64,000 nucleotides of DNA from Eledone cirrhosa (taxonomy: Eukaryota), in the NCBI GenBank assembly GCA_964016885.1, contig OZ024740.1:128588001-128652000 (forward strand). Reading direction: 5' to 3'. The translations under genes were made by a program, and so were the position numbers. Position 1 is the stretch's first letter; each line of letters starts with the position of its first letter. This document shows, in pieces, positions 15,633 to 30,890 of the stretch. The notes beneath the pieces were generated by a model. It saw nothing but the letters and a program-made list of their open reading frames with translations. It ran no database searches and was not told where the DNA came from.

Positions 15633-17375
15633 TTATTAACTACTGTTATTTTGTATGCAAGAAAAACAATGATACTCGCTGTTATCTATACGCATGCAGC
15701 ACAGAATCACATTTTTGGGGAGCTAAACAAATTGGATTAGAAATATGAAATTCTTTGTAGTGGAGGAGATTCCTAATAAATGACAAGGAAATAGCTCAAT
15801 CTAAGAAATACGCCATGATATTAATTACTCCTAATGATCTACGTGAGCGTCAATAAATAAAGATAAACAGTTGAGTTAGCAATGTTGATATATTGTGGAA
15901 AATTAGTAAATGATGCAATATCATACATTGATCAGTTGTTCGAAGTATTTGAAGAAGCTGACATGAAGCTGAATATGTTTATAGCCATGTGAAAATTGGT
16001 ATTATAAACAGAAAACAATCCATATACAACAGCAATATGAATTACTTTTTTACAGTAATGTGCCAGGTTATACAACTGGAGATAACGATGAGAACCCTTT
16101 TTTAAGCACGATATAATAGAAAGAACAACCAAATATTCATCCAATCATAAGTTAGTAATTTATAAAATGGAATTGGACACTAGTACTCATTAAAATATGA
16201 TAGGGTCTCTTTAAAAAGACGGGGTCGTTAAAACTCAAATCCATTTAATCGTATATCTCCTTAGCCTCAGTTAACATGGGGCTAAATAACAAATAATAAT
16301 TTAGTAATATCTCATCATCATACAACATTCCATGTGTATCATATTGGACGCGACAGATATAACAATATATCTCATTGACAATGGTACTAAACATCCTAGA
16401 TATAGTTCCATTCTATAAATCTTTCCAAGTCTTCAACTGGTTTGGCTGATTACATTAGACAGAATTAAGATTAACATTTCATGGTAGCTATTGTACTCCA
16501 AAAGCATTTAAAAGAATCTGCAAGATTGCAGATATTGGTGTGTGGTTAATGAGTTTGTTTCGCATTCAGATTATCCCAGGTTCGATGCCATTACCCACCA
16601 CGTTTGACAAATATTGGGTTCACCCATTTATAGTGAGTGGAATTAGGTATACCGAAATATCGAGTATATATGCAGATACACACTCGCTCACACACTCACA
16701 AACACACAGAAACACAGAAACACAGTTATATGAACGCAGGCACGCACATTAACACACACAGACACACACACACACATACACACACGTGTGTGTGATTCCT
16801 TGTTCCACCGTGATATTTATAAAGAAACACACAAGAGATCTTTACAAAGGAAGCTACTTGGTTCGGGATAGACACTACCTTGCTTCCCTAGATGTTAGAA
16901 TTTCAATATGACAGTTGTAACATGTAACCATCGACGCTACTGTCCATAATTTGTGATATACAATAAATAAACAAATAAGATTACTGATTAAAAACGCAAT
17001 AGAAGGGACGGATACCAATCCTTCCAATAGTTGTTTTTGTTCATTTATATACAGTAATGATGTGAGACGCCACAAGAATTTATAATTCAAATAAAAGTAA
17101 AAAGTACACGTCACAAAAAGAACATAATTTCCCTAGAAATTAACGAAATTGCGCACACCATTGTCTCTTCAGACTAGACAAGTTCAATAATATATAAAAT
17201 CAGTCTGACATCCAAGTCTTAATTTAGTGCAAACGTTGTCACGGAATAGGGATGGTCACATATATATTCATACATACGCAATGAAGAAACTTACGCATGC
17301 ACGCACATTCATATATATATACATAACCATAGGTACATCTACTCACTGACACACACACACACGCACACACACACA

Positions 17376-17418
<43 letters not shown>

Positions 17419-17451
17419 ACACACACACACACACACATACACACACACACA

Positions 17452-17555
<104 letters not shown>

Positions 17556-17911
17556 ATATCCTTGTCGAGCAAACACTGTCTTATAGACAAAACTAAAGAT
17601 ATTCACGTTAGTTTGGAAAGAGAGCAATGTTTTCTATGAGGTCAAACAAAGAGATGCCACGAATAACATAACAATAATAACACTGATTACATATGGGTGA
17701 CTGTATTAGAGAAAGAAATTAGAAAAGAAAAAGCAATTGACTTTAGAGATTGACAAAGAAAGTAATTCCTGATATAGATATCATGGGATATTGGATATTT
17801 GTGTTCAGTCTCAGTTTAATCATTCTGAACTAATACGCTTTCGGAAAACTGTTAAATAATTCCTCGGCATGATTACAGAGTTTACTGATACTAGGTGCTC
17901 ATCGATTTTAA

Positions 17912-17984
<73 letters not shown>

Positions 17985-18124
17985 TACATAAATACATACA
18001 TAGATACCTATAGAAAAACACGAAACACGCACAAACAAACGCATGCACATATCTATATTCTCTTTGTCCCTCTTTCTCTCTCTATATATAAATACATATA
18101 TATAAATGTATATATAAATATAAA

Positions 18125-18665
18125 TATAAGTATGTATACGTACATACATATATGTATACAGACGTACAGTAGTATGTACATACATATATACATGCACACA
18201 TATATATATATATGTACGTATGGGTTGACCGAACACATATATATATGTGTGCATGTATGTATATACATACTACTGTACGTCTGTATACATGGTGGCTGCC
18301 AACTCGTTTTCGAGTACGGCCACTACTTTATATCCATGTAGGAGAACCCCTACCGAAGCGCTGAACGAGTGTGACTTTTTAGTTCAGCCAGCGACTTGAA
18401 AACTCTGGTACAAACACTACACTTGTGACAATTATTGACACATAGTGCTGGGCCCATGGTACCATGTGACGGCAAGTGCAGAGAGATCTCCAGATATAAA
18501 GCAATGCCTGTGCCGTGAAGCTTTTATAGTGAGCAAAGGCACTGCACAAAGCCAGTCCCACTCTCTTAACCAAGATGATATTTACAAAAAAGAAGAACAA
18601 GTCAACATCATTGGATACCATCAGGGTTGCAGGTGTTATATCAGAGTTTTCCTTCTCCTACATAC

Positions 18666-18699
<34 letters not shown>

Positions 18700-18752
18700 A
18701 TTTAAGTATCACCCGTACTAAGAGTAAGAAATGAAATTTCATTTTTTCCATA
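18125..18752 (+). mobile_element. Truncated fold-back copy of the 414-bp element family, interrupted by a nested insertion (about 18288-18660)
   Basis: 18125-18233 matches the inverted arm (ataagtatgtatacgtacatac...tatgggttgaccgaac). 18235-18290 and 18690-18752 match the direct unit and end at the same 3' end (gaaatgaaatttcattttttcca) before (TA)n. No hammerhead retained. Confidence 0.75.
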
Positions 18753-18767
18753 TATAAATGTATATAT

Positions 18768-18829
<62 letters not shown>

Positions 18830-18867
18830 ATGTGTATATATATTTATAAAAATAACAGATTAAAGTT

Positions 18868-19108
18868 TATTATTATTATTCTTTGAGTCTCAGTCAGTGA
18901 TGTTATTTCACTGGAAAGTTTGTTGAAATGAATATCAAGTCGCTACCTGCAGCCTCAGATATTCAGGACGTATCGGAGGGTACTTGCTGTTCTCAGCAAG
19001 CATGCCTTTTGAAGTGTTCCAAAAAGTGGGGCTGGACTATCTTCCTTTAACCATCATTGGAAACTCTTTGTGATAGTACCTATTGCGCCTATGACAATCG
19101 GGACGTTG
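18868..19108 (-). mobile_element. R4/Dong-type (restriction-like endonuclease) non-LTR retrotransposon 3' end with (TAA)n tail
   Basis: Minus-strand translation NVPIVIGAIGTITKSFQ*WLK...TLQKACLLRTASTLRYVLNI* matches the R4/Dong C-terminus VPIVIGALG...LQKA.LLGTA.ILR.VL. A short 3'UTR and (TAA)n follow at 18868-18880. Confidence 0.78.
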
Positions 19109-20862
19109 ATGGATGTGATTCATTAATAATTATCTCTATATAAATACATGTAAGTCTGCGAATGTAAGTATATGTAAATATGCGTCGCTTCATCCGGCGT
19201 GGAATCCTCACATCTTGATCCAAATAGCCTTCAATAGTGCCTGCAAATTGATCACAACTCAGATGTCCCACTCCGAGATCATTCCTCTAACACTCGCCCT
19301 TGTCTTTATATTCCCCCTCCAGCGCCGTATCCTTCATTGTTTCAAAACAACCTTATCTGATCACACCACGTTACGTTTCTCATCGATTTATCTTCTCTCT
19401 GCAATACTTGTCTATTACTTGCCAGCCTCACCACACTCATCGCTCTGAAACTTTCCTTCCACATTTATCACACTTTCATCTGTACATCCAACAAACTCGT
19501 TTGTACGTTCTGACATTCTCACTGCAGACCGATTCACAACACACCAGAGGGATATACGACTTGTTCCCTTTTGTTCCCTCACTCCATTCAACGCTTCTCA
19601 GTTTTTGGCTTTACTTCGTACAACAGAGAGAGATTTGATATTCCAGCTTAGGACCACAATGCAGTTTCTCTAACCGTCATACATTTTTGCATACACACAT
19701 ACACACAAACGTACATGGACAGAAACACGCCTCCAAACGTCAAACACACGCACATAGCTTACACTCGCACATCCTAATAACATCACATACAGACATAGAC
19801 ACAAACTACACACAAATACATATAGTCCTTCACTCAACACCCATTTACATCACTGTGCACTCATATATAATTCTGCACACCAATAACTCTCATATTACTC
19901 AGCCCACATGTGTAAATTCACTAGATCTGAGCCATTGGTTCCATAACATACACACTTTAGCCTTCTATACACAAAAAACACATGCATTCACACATACTGC
20001 TGGATCATACCGTGAAACACCACATACACCAATTCATCTACCTCCACTTTTTCTGCACACATTTAGATCTATGAATGCGTATGTGTGTGCCCACAAGCGT
20101 ACGTATATGCATGTTATATCTGTATTTATGTTTACGCTCGTGGAGGGATACCATAGGAATATTATATATTTACAGACCACTCGCTTTCGAGTGCATGCTT
20201 GAGTATACTGCCTGTGTCTGCGAGGGGTCAATTATTAGGAAAAGCTCACATGTAGCCGTTCCTGGTTCTAACCTTCTTCATATACAAAGTGGTTTGGCGA
20301 TTAAATGTTTCATACGTGATGTCTTGCTGTATCTCTGACTACCGCTAGCATGAGATGAGCGGACTTGAAAACATGTGCCATCAGTTCCTCCTCTGTATCA
20401 TTAAAATATCGCTCCTAATTGTGTGAGAGCACGAATACGCATATAAGTTTGATCGTGCGCACGTGTTTATGCATCAAAATATACGGCTGCATATATACCG
20501 AACATGTCAACCAATATCACTCCATGCATTTGTCAGCATACATGCGTAAAAAACACTTTCATACAGTCAGCAGACATTCAAGCACACTATGGTCAAACAC
20601 ACACAAACACAGGACAACTAAAAAAATAACTCTCAAAACTGAGTTACATTTTAACCTGCATTTCTCTAGAATCACTGACTAAGTACAAATGGGCTTTTCT
20701 CCAGTGATACCAAAACAACATTTCTACATTGTATTCCGTACTCTCAACTATCTTTCTATTTGTTTTATCTCTCCTGTTTTGCGACCAATGACTAGCGTCT
20801 GAAACACTTTATCTACTATACAAAGCGTAAAACATACATTATTAGTGTAATATTATTATAAT

Positions 20863-21050
20863 TGTTTCTACTTTTGGCACAAGGCCAGCAATTATCCAGT
20901 ACATTACTGGTACTTTATTTTATCGACCCCATAAGGATGAAAGGCAAAGTTAACCTCGGCGGGATTTGAACTCAGAATGGCAAGGGCCGTAACTCTATGC
21001 GCCAAAGCATGGCGTCCAACCCTCTACCGATACTGCCAATTCACCGCCCT
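20863..21050 (-). mobile_element. tRNA-derived SINE (Meta-domain-like core), full length, with long TSD
   Basis: A box TGGCAGTATCGG, B box GTTCAAATCC, core CTTTGCCTTTCATCCTTATGGGGTCGATAAAATAAAGTACCAG. Flanked by the duplication ATTATTAGTGTAATATTATTATAAT (20838-20862 / 21051-21075). Confidence 0.88.
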
Positions 21051-21378
21051 ATTATTAGTGTAATATTATTATAATACGCCTCTGTTGGGGTCGCCTGTCT
21101 TCGTGAAACCTTGGGTAATGGAATAATTATATTGTGTTGTTTATTACACAATTAAACAGATCTGTACTGTACAACTCTTCTTTCCTTTGCCTTTTCCGCG
21201 GAAAAACTTCATATGAATGCAAGAAAGTTCTCAAAGAAATTTAACCAGGAATCTTTAAAATTCTTCCCAGCGAATTTAACAAAGAACTTACTAGATCTAC
21301 CAACTCATAATATTATAATATCATAAAATTAAATCAAATTATTCAGAACTACAGTGAAGTAATTCTTTTTCTTTTTTT

Positions 21379-21416
<38 letters not shown>

Positions 21417-23047
21417 TACACACACACGCCCCCCCCCCCCCACACACACACATACCCCCCCACACACACACACACATATATACATGACGTTTCAGTAGAA
21501 AATCACTGGACGCTGGCTATATCCCTGAAAAATATATGTCTCTATCGTCCCAGTTATTTTAAAAGGGAAAACAGTTGACCTGCAGTAAATTACCTTACGA
21601 TCTCACTCACCTCTCATAATATTAAATTAATTGAGAGGGTAATGAGATACTGAATGACTCACTTCATTTATAGCAACAATTTGCTGAACTAAAACGAACG
21701 TGGTTAGAGTAATAGCAGGGACTGCCCAACACAGCTCCTGCATTACCTCCATGACATTTTAAGAGTTTGTGAGAGGGCTCCAGCTTTGTTGTCATGCACC
21801 TTGATTTTACCAAGGTGAAGAAGGAGGCAACACACCATGTAACACGGGATTTGAACGCCACCTTACAAGAGTGACACGAATAGCTTATCTAACAGTTTTA
21901 CACATTGTTTCGTGCTTGTTGATATATTCTTATGTTGCATTTGTATTGAACGGCATAGGCACTTGTGGCCAATAAAAAAATAATTATCAACGAAAAGAAA
22001 TATAGAAAATAACTAAATCATACTTAAGAAAATTCAACCGAAAATAAAAACCAACGAGTGAACATATATCCTAATCTCAATTTCCTTTGTTTACATCTTT
22101 TCGCTTATATTCTTTTAGCTTTGTTCTACGTATTATTTGACTTTCATTTTTTTTTTAAACAAATATTTTGTTCATGTTTATTCTCACTGTTCTTAGAAAC
22201 CAGTAATATTTTCTATATCTTTCCTTAGGTATATTATTTTCTCTTTTGTTCTTAAATGATGTGTTATTTGTTTTGGGTTTTTTTATTACTTATCTGGTGC
22301 AAATGTTATTGCTACTTTTGTCATTAATATTTTCATTATTCATGTTATCGTAACCATTGTTATTGTTGCCAGTAATGCGACTATTATCATCGTTGTTATT
22401 ATTATTAATATTATTAATTTGATACTGTTATCTCAGCTAATAAATCTTACATAAACTTCGATTCTATAGATAATTCATTGTATTAGATAGTAATCTCTCA
22501 TTTATTTTAATAGCTGGTTTTACTAAACTGATTAATTCAAAAGGGGTGAAAATTATTACTTGGCTGTGGGTCAAGATAGGACTGTTGTCAGCTAGAAGTG
22601 TCGTGGAGGCCAATCATTTCATTGCTAGAAGAAGCAGTTCCCTTATGACCTTGTTCCAACTCCCATACGGTTAAGTAAAATTTACGCTGTAACTAACTGC
22701 TTCTTCCACAATGAACTTACTGGCCACCAGTCTACCTTCACAACACTTCTATCTTGACCGGCATCCACGTGATCATTTTCACCCTTTCAAATTTGTTACT
22801 GGCAGCGATCATTTTGGAAAAAAATCGGTCTTAACAGAGGGATTCTCTTGATAAGCTTGAAGCCTCATAGATAATGCAACGATTATATATTACGACGAAG
22901 TAAAAGTGAAACTGTCGAGAGTCGGGACTAGAGGAATATTGGTAAACATTTCTCTATTATTTCTTCTAAATTACATTTTAAACTTAGCTCCATTCAATTG
23001 ATTATTTATTTATTAATTTTAGGTAAAATTTACCTGTTCTTCAAATT

Positions 23048-23151
<104 letters not shown>

Positions 23152-24782
23152 CGTGCGTGTGTGTGTGTGTGTGTGTGTATAAACATACGTGTAGGTGCTT
23201 ACATGTATGTATAACGTCGACGATTCATTCTTGCCACTTGAGAAGATAGAAAATCTATTGCATTCTCTTTTCTTTTATTAGTAATATCATGTGCTACTTT
23301 GAATGTCAAAAGGTATCACAGACACAATTACACTGAACTAATTCTCCAGTGAAGTAGAATTTTTTCAATGGCTAGTCCGCAGAGTCTGACTCTTCATAGA
23401 CAGCGCTATTAAGAAAGTGGATACACTGAATTTGTATTTTCTTGAATAGTAATAATAACTCCCCTGCAATGTAATTATATTAATTTCAACATAGGGCCTC
23501 AAATGATATACCTTGCCAAATATGAACATCGCCATACACAAACACACACGTCCACGTACACAAACATACATACAATCATTCGTATATACGGAAATACACA
23601 CTTCAACATGTATATGTATGTGGTGGGTAGATGTATTCATTCTTCATTGATGTATATAGTTGATATAAATATAATAATGATAATTATATTTACGTAAAAG
23701 AAAAAGAACAGCATCATCAGAAATATAGTAGACTAAGTTCTTGGGTGCTTGAAATCTGTAACCGACACTATTGTTCCACATTTGAAATATAAAAATATAT
23801 ACACCTTGCATCTGCAAATCCTGAGAAATTATATAGAGGAATTACCCGAAATACTTTCAAAATTAGAAACAAGCAAACTACGAAATCCTTCAGACCAAAT
23901 CTTAAAGTGAATTTAATGATACTGTCACTATATATTTAGAAATTAAGTAACAACAGAATTTAAAGAGTTCTCATAATTTCTGAATATCGTAAACATACTA
24001 AATAACCGATGTCTTTAAACTTTGTTTAACTGATATGTTCAGTTCTGAAATAGCTAGCAAAAGTATGAAACAGGAGAACTTTGCTCTGTTGGTATTTCTC
24101 ATGAAAACTAATTTAAAAAATCCCCTCACAACTGAAATGCTATATGTATATTTCACCTACTAGTCACCAACAGTCACAATAAAAAAATAACCGCTGACAG
24201 CTAATATCTCACAAATAACAAGAATAATAAAAAAAAAAACATATATGTGCGCGAATGTTACTTCATTGTGATAAATACGGACCAATGATCAAATAGGTGC
24301 TTTCATAGCAATTATAAATACAGTTCAATGTTGCTGGAAACACCTGACGTCGTGGAATATCATAAGTTTATTTCCAAAATTAGTAAAACAAACCTTAAAC
24401 ATACATTGTGTACTGTTTTTCCATAGTAACAAACGCTACATGTTCACACACGCGCACCCTCACGTACGCACACAAACACGCGTATATAATTATGAATATG
24501 TATGTGTTTGCGTAAGCATATGTTGGCATCCATAAGCAGTCTTTTTCAACTTAATACTCAAGGATAATACTCGTGATTCATCAGCGAACTATTTGCCAAT
24601 TGCATTAAAGTGAATTAAATATTGATTCTGAAAGTTGTGAGCTATTGTCTATTAGGTGAGAAATAGTGAGACGAAGTTTTAGTTGGCCTTGATAAATATC
24701 GAATGGATTATTTTTAGAATTCATGTCAAAATCGGTATAAATAATAACTGGGCAACATATAAAAACTGGTGACATTATTATA

Positions 24783-25088
24783 CTCAAATCCCACCGAGGT
24801 TTACTTTGCCTTTCATCCTTACGGGCTCGATAAAATAAAGTACCAGTAATGCACTGACCTTGTGCCAAAAAGTAGAAACAATTATTATACCTTATTGTGG
24901 ATTTGCGGTATCGGTAGAACGTCAGACACCATGTTCTGTGACATAGAGTTATGACCCTTTACGTTCTGAGTTTAAATCCCTACGAGGTTAACTTTGCCTT
25001 TCATCCTGATGGGGTCGATAAAATAAAGCTTCAGTAATGCACTGGAGTAATTGCTGGCCTTGTGCCAAAGGAAGAAACAATTATTATA
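24783..25088 (+). mobile_element. Two tandem SINE copies (5'-truncated 24783-24890; full 24898-25088)
   Basis: Core CTTTGCCTTTCATCCT...CGATAAAATAAAG occurs twice; both copies end AGAAACAATTATTATAC. Confidence 0.8.
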
Positions 25089-26769
25089 CTTTATTTTTAA
25101 GGTGTGCAAATGATGTATCGTTTGTTTCTTTACGAGAAACAAGATACTTTGTCTCCGAATAATTAATATATATAATACGTGTTTTGATTTCAATGAATGA
25201 ACATGATTTGTTATTCTCATGTGAACGGCAGCCATTTTTGTATTACGGTGTATCATTCGCAGAAAACGAATTCTTCATCTGTCTGTTTTCGTTGTTAATG
25301 CCAATATATTAAGACAATGCATTTCACTACATTTAGCAATAACGCTAATATCTATACAAAAGCACATATATTTTGTTTATTGATGCGCCATAATAGATTT
25401 CTTTAATTGTGTGAACGCATAGCCTCAAGTATCAACGACTATTGCGTTGATGACAATAGCGGTATATTTTGTATGTCTTTTTGCTGATTTACCAAAACAT
25501 GGCTTTAAACAAGATATATTTCCGTTCGACAGACATGCACTAAATAGCAGATCCAGTAAGTGGAATTTCAATATTATGTATATAAAGACACAATAGATAG
25601 AAGCTACAAATCCTTATTAGATACACATTTTGCAGTCACATCTAGGTTACATTCATTTCAAATGAAATAGAAAACGTTGTTGAGGCTAATGGGACAAAAT
25701 TGAGATCAAGTTATACGCCACAACCTGAAGGACCGTGTTGTTGAAATCTTCCATAAATCATAACAGGATCGTATACACTCGTATGAGAAGGGAATATAAG
25801 GAAGATTATTGTCAGTATGGAGAAATTGTGTTACTTAAATCAAGAAATAGTCACACAACAGAAAGGACGATGTTTGGATCAAAAACAAAAAAACGGAGAA
25901 ATCTTTGCTAAAACATATGTGGTTACAAACAACGATTTGAGCGTCGTAATAATTGTAATTATGACATAGCATACGTTGGCGTCCAAACATATATTACTGC
26001 GTTCTCTTCTTTTCTGTTAGGAGGAAGTGGCAGGGAGTTTGACATTTTGGACATAACTCCTTCTGGAAATGGAGAGTTTGAACAGAGAGAAGAAGTTGGA
26101 ACATCGAAGTTTGGGAAACAAGTTTTAAGTGGTTTGGGGTGGTAGGTGAGAAATCAGGTAACATACACACACACACACACACATACACTCCTATATATAT
26201 GTATATATATGGGTGGACCTGAGTGTATGTGCATGTGTGCGTGTGTGTCTTTGCCTGTGTAAGGTATTGCCTCATGTGTTTCCTTGTAGGGTGAATGTTC
26301 GTAATCCTTGTCGTTCAAAAGTTTACATTCAGGATGTTCCTGTAAAGAGTTTCGTGTTCGAAACGAATTGTTTGAGTAAGAAGGTCGGGACATTTCCAAT
26401 GTTATTTAGTGGTTGTAGGGTGACGTTGTGTAATTGTCAAATTCTCATAGTCGTTTGAGCGTTCAATTAAATGTTGAGATATTTGCTTCCGACTCTCTAT
26501 TCCATGCGCGTGAAATCCCACAACGGGCAACTTTGCCTTTCCTCATTCGTAGTCAATAGATAAAGTATCAGTCTAAGTGCAGTGGAATGATGGATTTGTT
26601 AAAGAATCAGACGGGGTGCTTTACTGAATTTGTTCCGGCTCGTTTATTTCTAAATTCAAACCCCCCAAATTTCACCGAAAAAGGGAGAGTCGGTGTCCCT
26701 TGTTTGACAGGCATATAGCATACTTCTTCTTAAGCAGGTTGACCTCCTCCTCCTCTCTTATTTTCTTCT

Positions 26770-27560
26770 TCACCCATTTATTCCTTAGAGGGTTGTGGAG
26801 GAAGATTCTTCAAACAACCCTTCCCGTGAGTCCTATCAGAAGTACACTTTTCTAACTGATCCAGCTGCATCCCCAACCGAGACGCGTCTAGCTCTTGGAT
26901 GTTATCCAAACTTCTTGCTCGGTGTCTACCCTTGGGTCTTCTGCCGGCTGGCCTTGCCCATAAAATCTGTCCAGTGATTCTTTCCTGAGACATTCAATTT
27001 GACCACTTCTATTTGCAATTGTATTCTTTCGGTCATTACCTAAGATTAATGACCATAATTAAAGGTTAGCACGAATAGCGAATTGAAGATAGCGAGTTTA
27101 GCTTTTACACCTACCTCTCGTCTTCTGATTACCGAAGGTTGACGCTGTCACATTGCTGCACGAGATTCTGCAATTCTTGTACTTAATTCGGCATCCTGCC
27201 TTCCATCATTCGTAAAAAGTCCCTCGTGATATTTAAACTTCTCAACCTGCTTCAGTCTAACTCTAATCATATGTAGAGTGCAATGCGCAGACTTCCTTGA
27301 GAGGATGAGTGTCTTAAACTTTGCAGCTTTGATTTTTTTCTCCAGCCATGCAACACACGGCATCAAACTTATCACCTTCTGTCGGTTGAGTAATACCATG
27401 TCCTCTGTAAATTTCAGCCGACTGATGCTACACGTGCCCTTCCTGATAGCACTTCCAACCCAGCTGCTCATGTCAATCCTGTTCATGATAATAATGAACA
27501 GGATAGATGCCTGTACACATCCTTGGTGGAGTTGGAATTAGTTGGCCTGAAAAGCGCTCA
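26770..27560 (-). mobile_element. RTE-clade LINE 3' fragment (RT C-terminus), decayed
   Basis: FIIIMNRI, LKQVEKFKY.EGLFTNDGRQDAELSTRI and GRRPKGRHRARSLDNI are typical of the RTE C-terminal region. Confidence 0.75.
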
Positions 27561-29589
27561 TGTACATTCTCAAAAAACATATATACTCATGCCGTCTCAT
27601 ATAGTACTGTAACTAGAACTATGTCAAGAGAAAACTTGGTTAGTTGATAGGAACGACGCATTTCGTTCTTTTCGATGTTACCAAACACCCGCAAGCTAAT
27701 GTCATAAGGTTAATTAGATTTCTTTTTATTCCAAATATTACAGCTGGAGGACAGTAGTTTTATACCTGGTGTGTAAAATGATGTTTGTTTCCACTTCGGA
27801 GATAGGAGAATATTAGTCGGCGTAGGAAATTGCCATTTGTAGTAGGTTGTTTGTGATACATAGCAATTGATAATGTAACAGTGAGTGAATGTGTATCTAT
27901 TCTTGTGTTGTATCGGATATGAAACACTTGATTACTCAGCTTGTATTGTTCCATAATATGAAGTGGAAATTATACTTGATATATATTTATTATTGTATAG
28001 GGAAGAAGCTCTCACAAATGTCTTTTAGCTACTGTTTGCAGTAATAAGTTATTTTTATAAGTATAGTCATAAAATTATACTGAAACTCACTAACAGACAA
28101 ACACAAACATATGCACATACACCTACACTCAGCCACACATATTCTAAGTCGCACACAGCCACATCTATTCACATATAAATATAAAAAATCATACACCTAT
28201 ACACTCAACTACATATATATTCATACATAACATAACGCATACTCTATCAGACACACATACACTTAACCATCCATATACTCACATTCTCACTTACACCTAG
28301 CCATACACACAAACAATTATATATTAGATTTATGAGGTCATTACGCGGCCGTCAATAATGAACAATGCTATACTCTGTTCCTTTCCAAGTATTTTTGTAA
28401 AAAAAATATATATATATGTATATATTTGTTTAAAGTAATACTAACATCAAAATAAAATTACAGTTCTGACATACCATAAAAATATAATTGACAAACAGAC
28501 AATATACCATTGAGATTCCTTCTTTTGTCTTCTCTATCCATTTGGTCACGTGATGCAGTACTTCCTTTCTTTAATCTATCGCTTTCATTGAAGGGTTATC
28601 TCATTTTCACTCTCTGTGCCTCTCCCAATCTTTCTTTCTCCGATTAAAGAAAGTATCAACTCTCCTGCTTTCACCTAAACACGAAAGTAAAATAACATGC
28701 ACAAACACAAACAGACACAAACAAACACACACTCACACACACCTACACACATCTATCTATATAGTGTATCTGTCCGTCTAACTGACTGGCGGTAACAACA
28801 TGTCATTTCTTTGCCTCTTTTCATTACTTTGATAGCGGCGTCTGTGGTATTTATGTATCTCTGTCTTTTCTCCTCTCTCCATCTAGACACTTCTTCCAGC
28901 TGTTGCTCCCAACGTTTCATCCCCCTTCCACATTCCTCTACATATTTTATCTCTGGACGGACACATTCAATACATCCGAATTTCGTTTCTTTTATATATA
29001 CTTTACTAAATATTCAGGTCGTAACCACAAAAAGCTTAGGTTCGTAAAAGGAAAAAAAAAAAGATATAATAAAACAAACAATAACTATGAATATAAAACG
29101 AGACACGACCTTCAACACTATTTTGCAATTTTAATCTAAATTTGTTTCATTAAGTATGCAAAATATTTCATTTTATTAAACTGCTGTCAGCAGTTAAAGA
29201 ACACAATTTGATATTTTAAATGCTTTGAAATATTTCTGTGACTTCTTAGATTTACTTTTGTAATTTTGTTGATATATCTATCTATTCTAAAGAATAACAT
29301 TTTGTATCCAACCACATTTTCTTCTTCAATTTCTTTCTGTTTGTATATATGTACGCAATTAATATTTTAAGTACTCGGTGAAGAGGCATTGAATTTGCAG
29401 AGTCATTCTAATTCGGCCGAGATCAAATTTGCTTCTAATCCTGTCGAGGTTGATAAATAAATTATGAGTCAAGTATTGGAGTCAATCCTTCCTTCCACTC
29501 TTTCCGTCTTTCGCGGACTCACTTTCTTATCTCACTCCCGGACAGCAATCTGCTGGGCGCAGACCTTGTGGAGGAAGGGAATGCGCTAG

Positions 29590-29761
29590 TTATAATTGTT
29601 TCTACTTTAGGCACAAGGCCAGCAAATAACCTGGTACTTTATTTTATCGACCCCGTAGGGATGAAAGGCAAAGTCAACCTCGGCGGGATTTGAACTCAGA
29701 TCGTAAAGGGACGTAACTATGCGTGAAAGCATGGCGTCCGACCCTCTACCGATTCTGCCAG
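29590..29761 (-). mobile_element. Same SINE family
   Basis: ATTGTTTCTACTTTAGGCACAAGGCC...CCTCTACCGATTCTGCCA. Confidence 0.85.
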
Positions 29762-29814
29762 TATGGCGACGACATCACTGCGTCTCCATTGTATGTTCAG
29801 TGGTCATAGACAGA

Positions 29815-30075
29815 GTGAAACGCGTAGCTAAGTGATTAGGACATTCGGCTTACGATCATTTTAGAAACACGGTGTATCCTTGCGCAAGTCTGAGGAAAAT
29901 ACTTTGTACCTGTAATACAAAGGGCCATACTTTATCACAATGAATCTACTCGAGAACTCCATCAAGAATGCAAGTTTATGTGGAATGTTTATCTACTTGG
30001 ACGTTAAATTCACGAACTGTCTGTTTATTGTTTCAAAACAAACATTCGTTGGAACAACCGTTGTTAGAACTACCA
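29815..30075 (+). mobile_element. Old, diverged second SINE family (related remnants at about 57840-57950 and 59250-59370)
   Basis: tRNA-like head GCGTAGCTAAGTGATTAGG and a shared 3' block (TTTGGAATGCTCATCCA / GGAATGTTTATCTACTTGGACGTTAAATTCACG). Highly diverged. Confidence 0.45.
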
Positions 30076-30730
30076 AAGTTCCAGCACACGCATCTATATA
30101 TATCATAATTTATATCACGTACACACATACAATTAGATATATATAAACGTACACAGTTCTAACGCAATCTAATTTGTGAACTCCTTCACAACAAAAATAA
30201 GAAATTAGAAGTAGCCTTCTAATTTCTTATAGTAAGTAAAGAAAATGTCAATACCAACTTATTTCCGTTATCTCGATAAACATCAGTGAAAAGAAAATGT
30301 AAATAAGAAAATATCGTGAACATGTATAACTTCTTTGCACCGAACAACTTAACCCCTAATGACCTGTGTATCAAGGGTTTTTAGTTGAAAGTTACTTACA
30401 TGTGCTATGCATACTAAAACTTGGTTTATGTCAACTTGTAGAAGAATCACTCCATCACTGGTTCTCTAATTCTCCTTAAATTTTCTATTTTCTCTTTCTC
30501 TCATCTCACTTCCTCTCCCTCTTTATCCTTTTCTTTCGTTGCTTTCTTTCTTTCCATTTTACCATCCCTCATACTTTTATTGTGTGGTTGTTTTCTACTA
30601 TTCCTTACAGCCGATTACTTGTGAATCTGCTTTAATAATGATAACACACACACACACACACACACACGCAAACAGATCCACACATATACACATGTATATA
30701 TATATATATATATATACACAGCACACACAC

Positions 30731-30777
<47 letters not shown>

Positions 30778-30800
30778 ATATATACACACACACAACACAC

Positions 30801-30890
<90 letters not shown>

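Noticed and set aside
25994-26400. CPKCQTPCHFLL zinc-knuckle-like LINE tail
   Set aside because: A single short motif with no supporting RT sequence.
30197-30230. 15-bp perfect hairpin ATAAGAAATTAGAAG-TAGC-CTTCTAATTTCTTAT
   Set aside because: Single, AT-rich and without family context; terminator logic does not apply in animal DNA.
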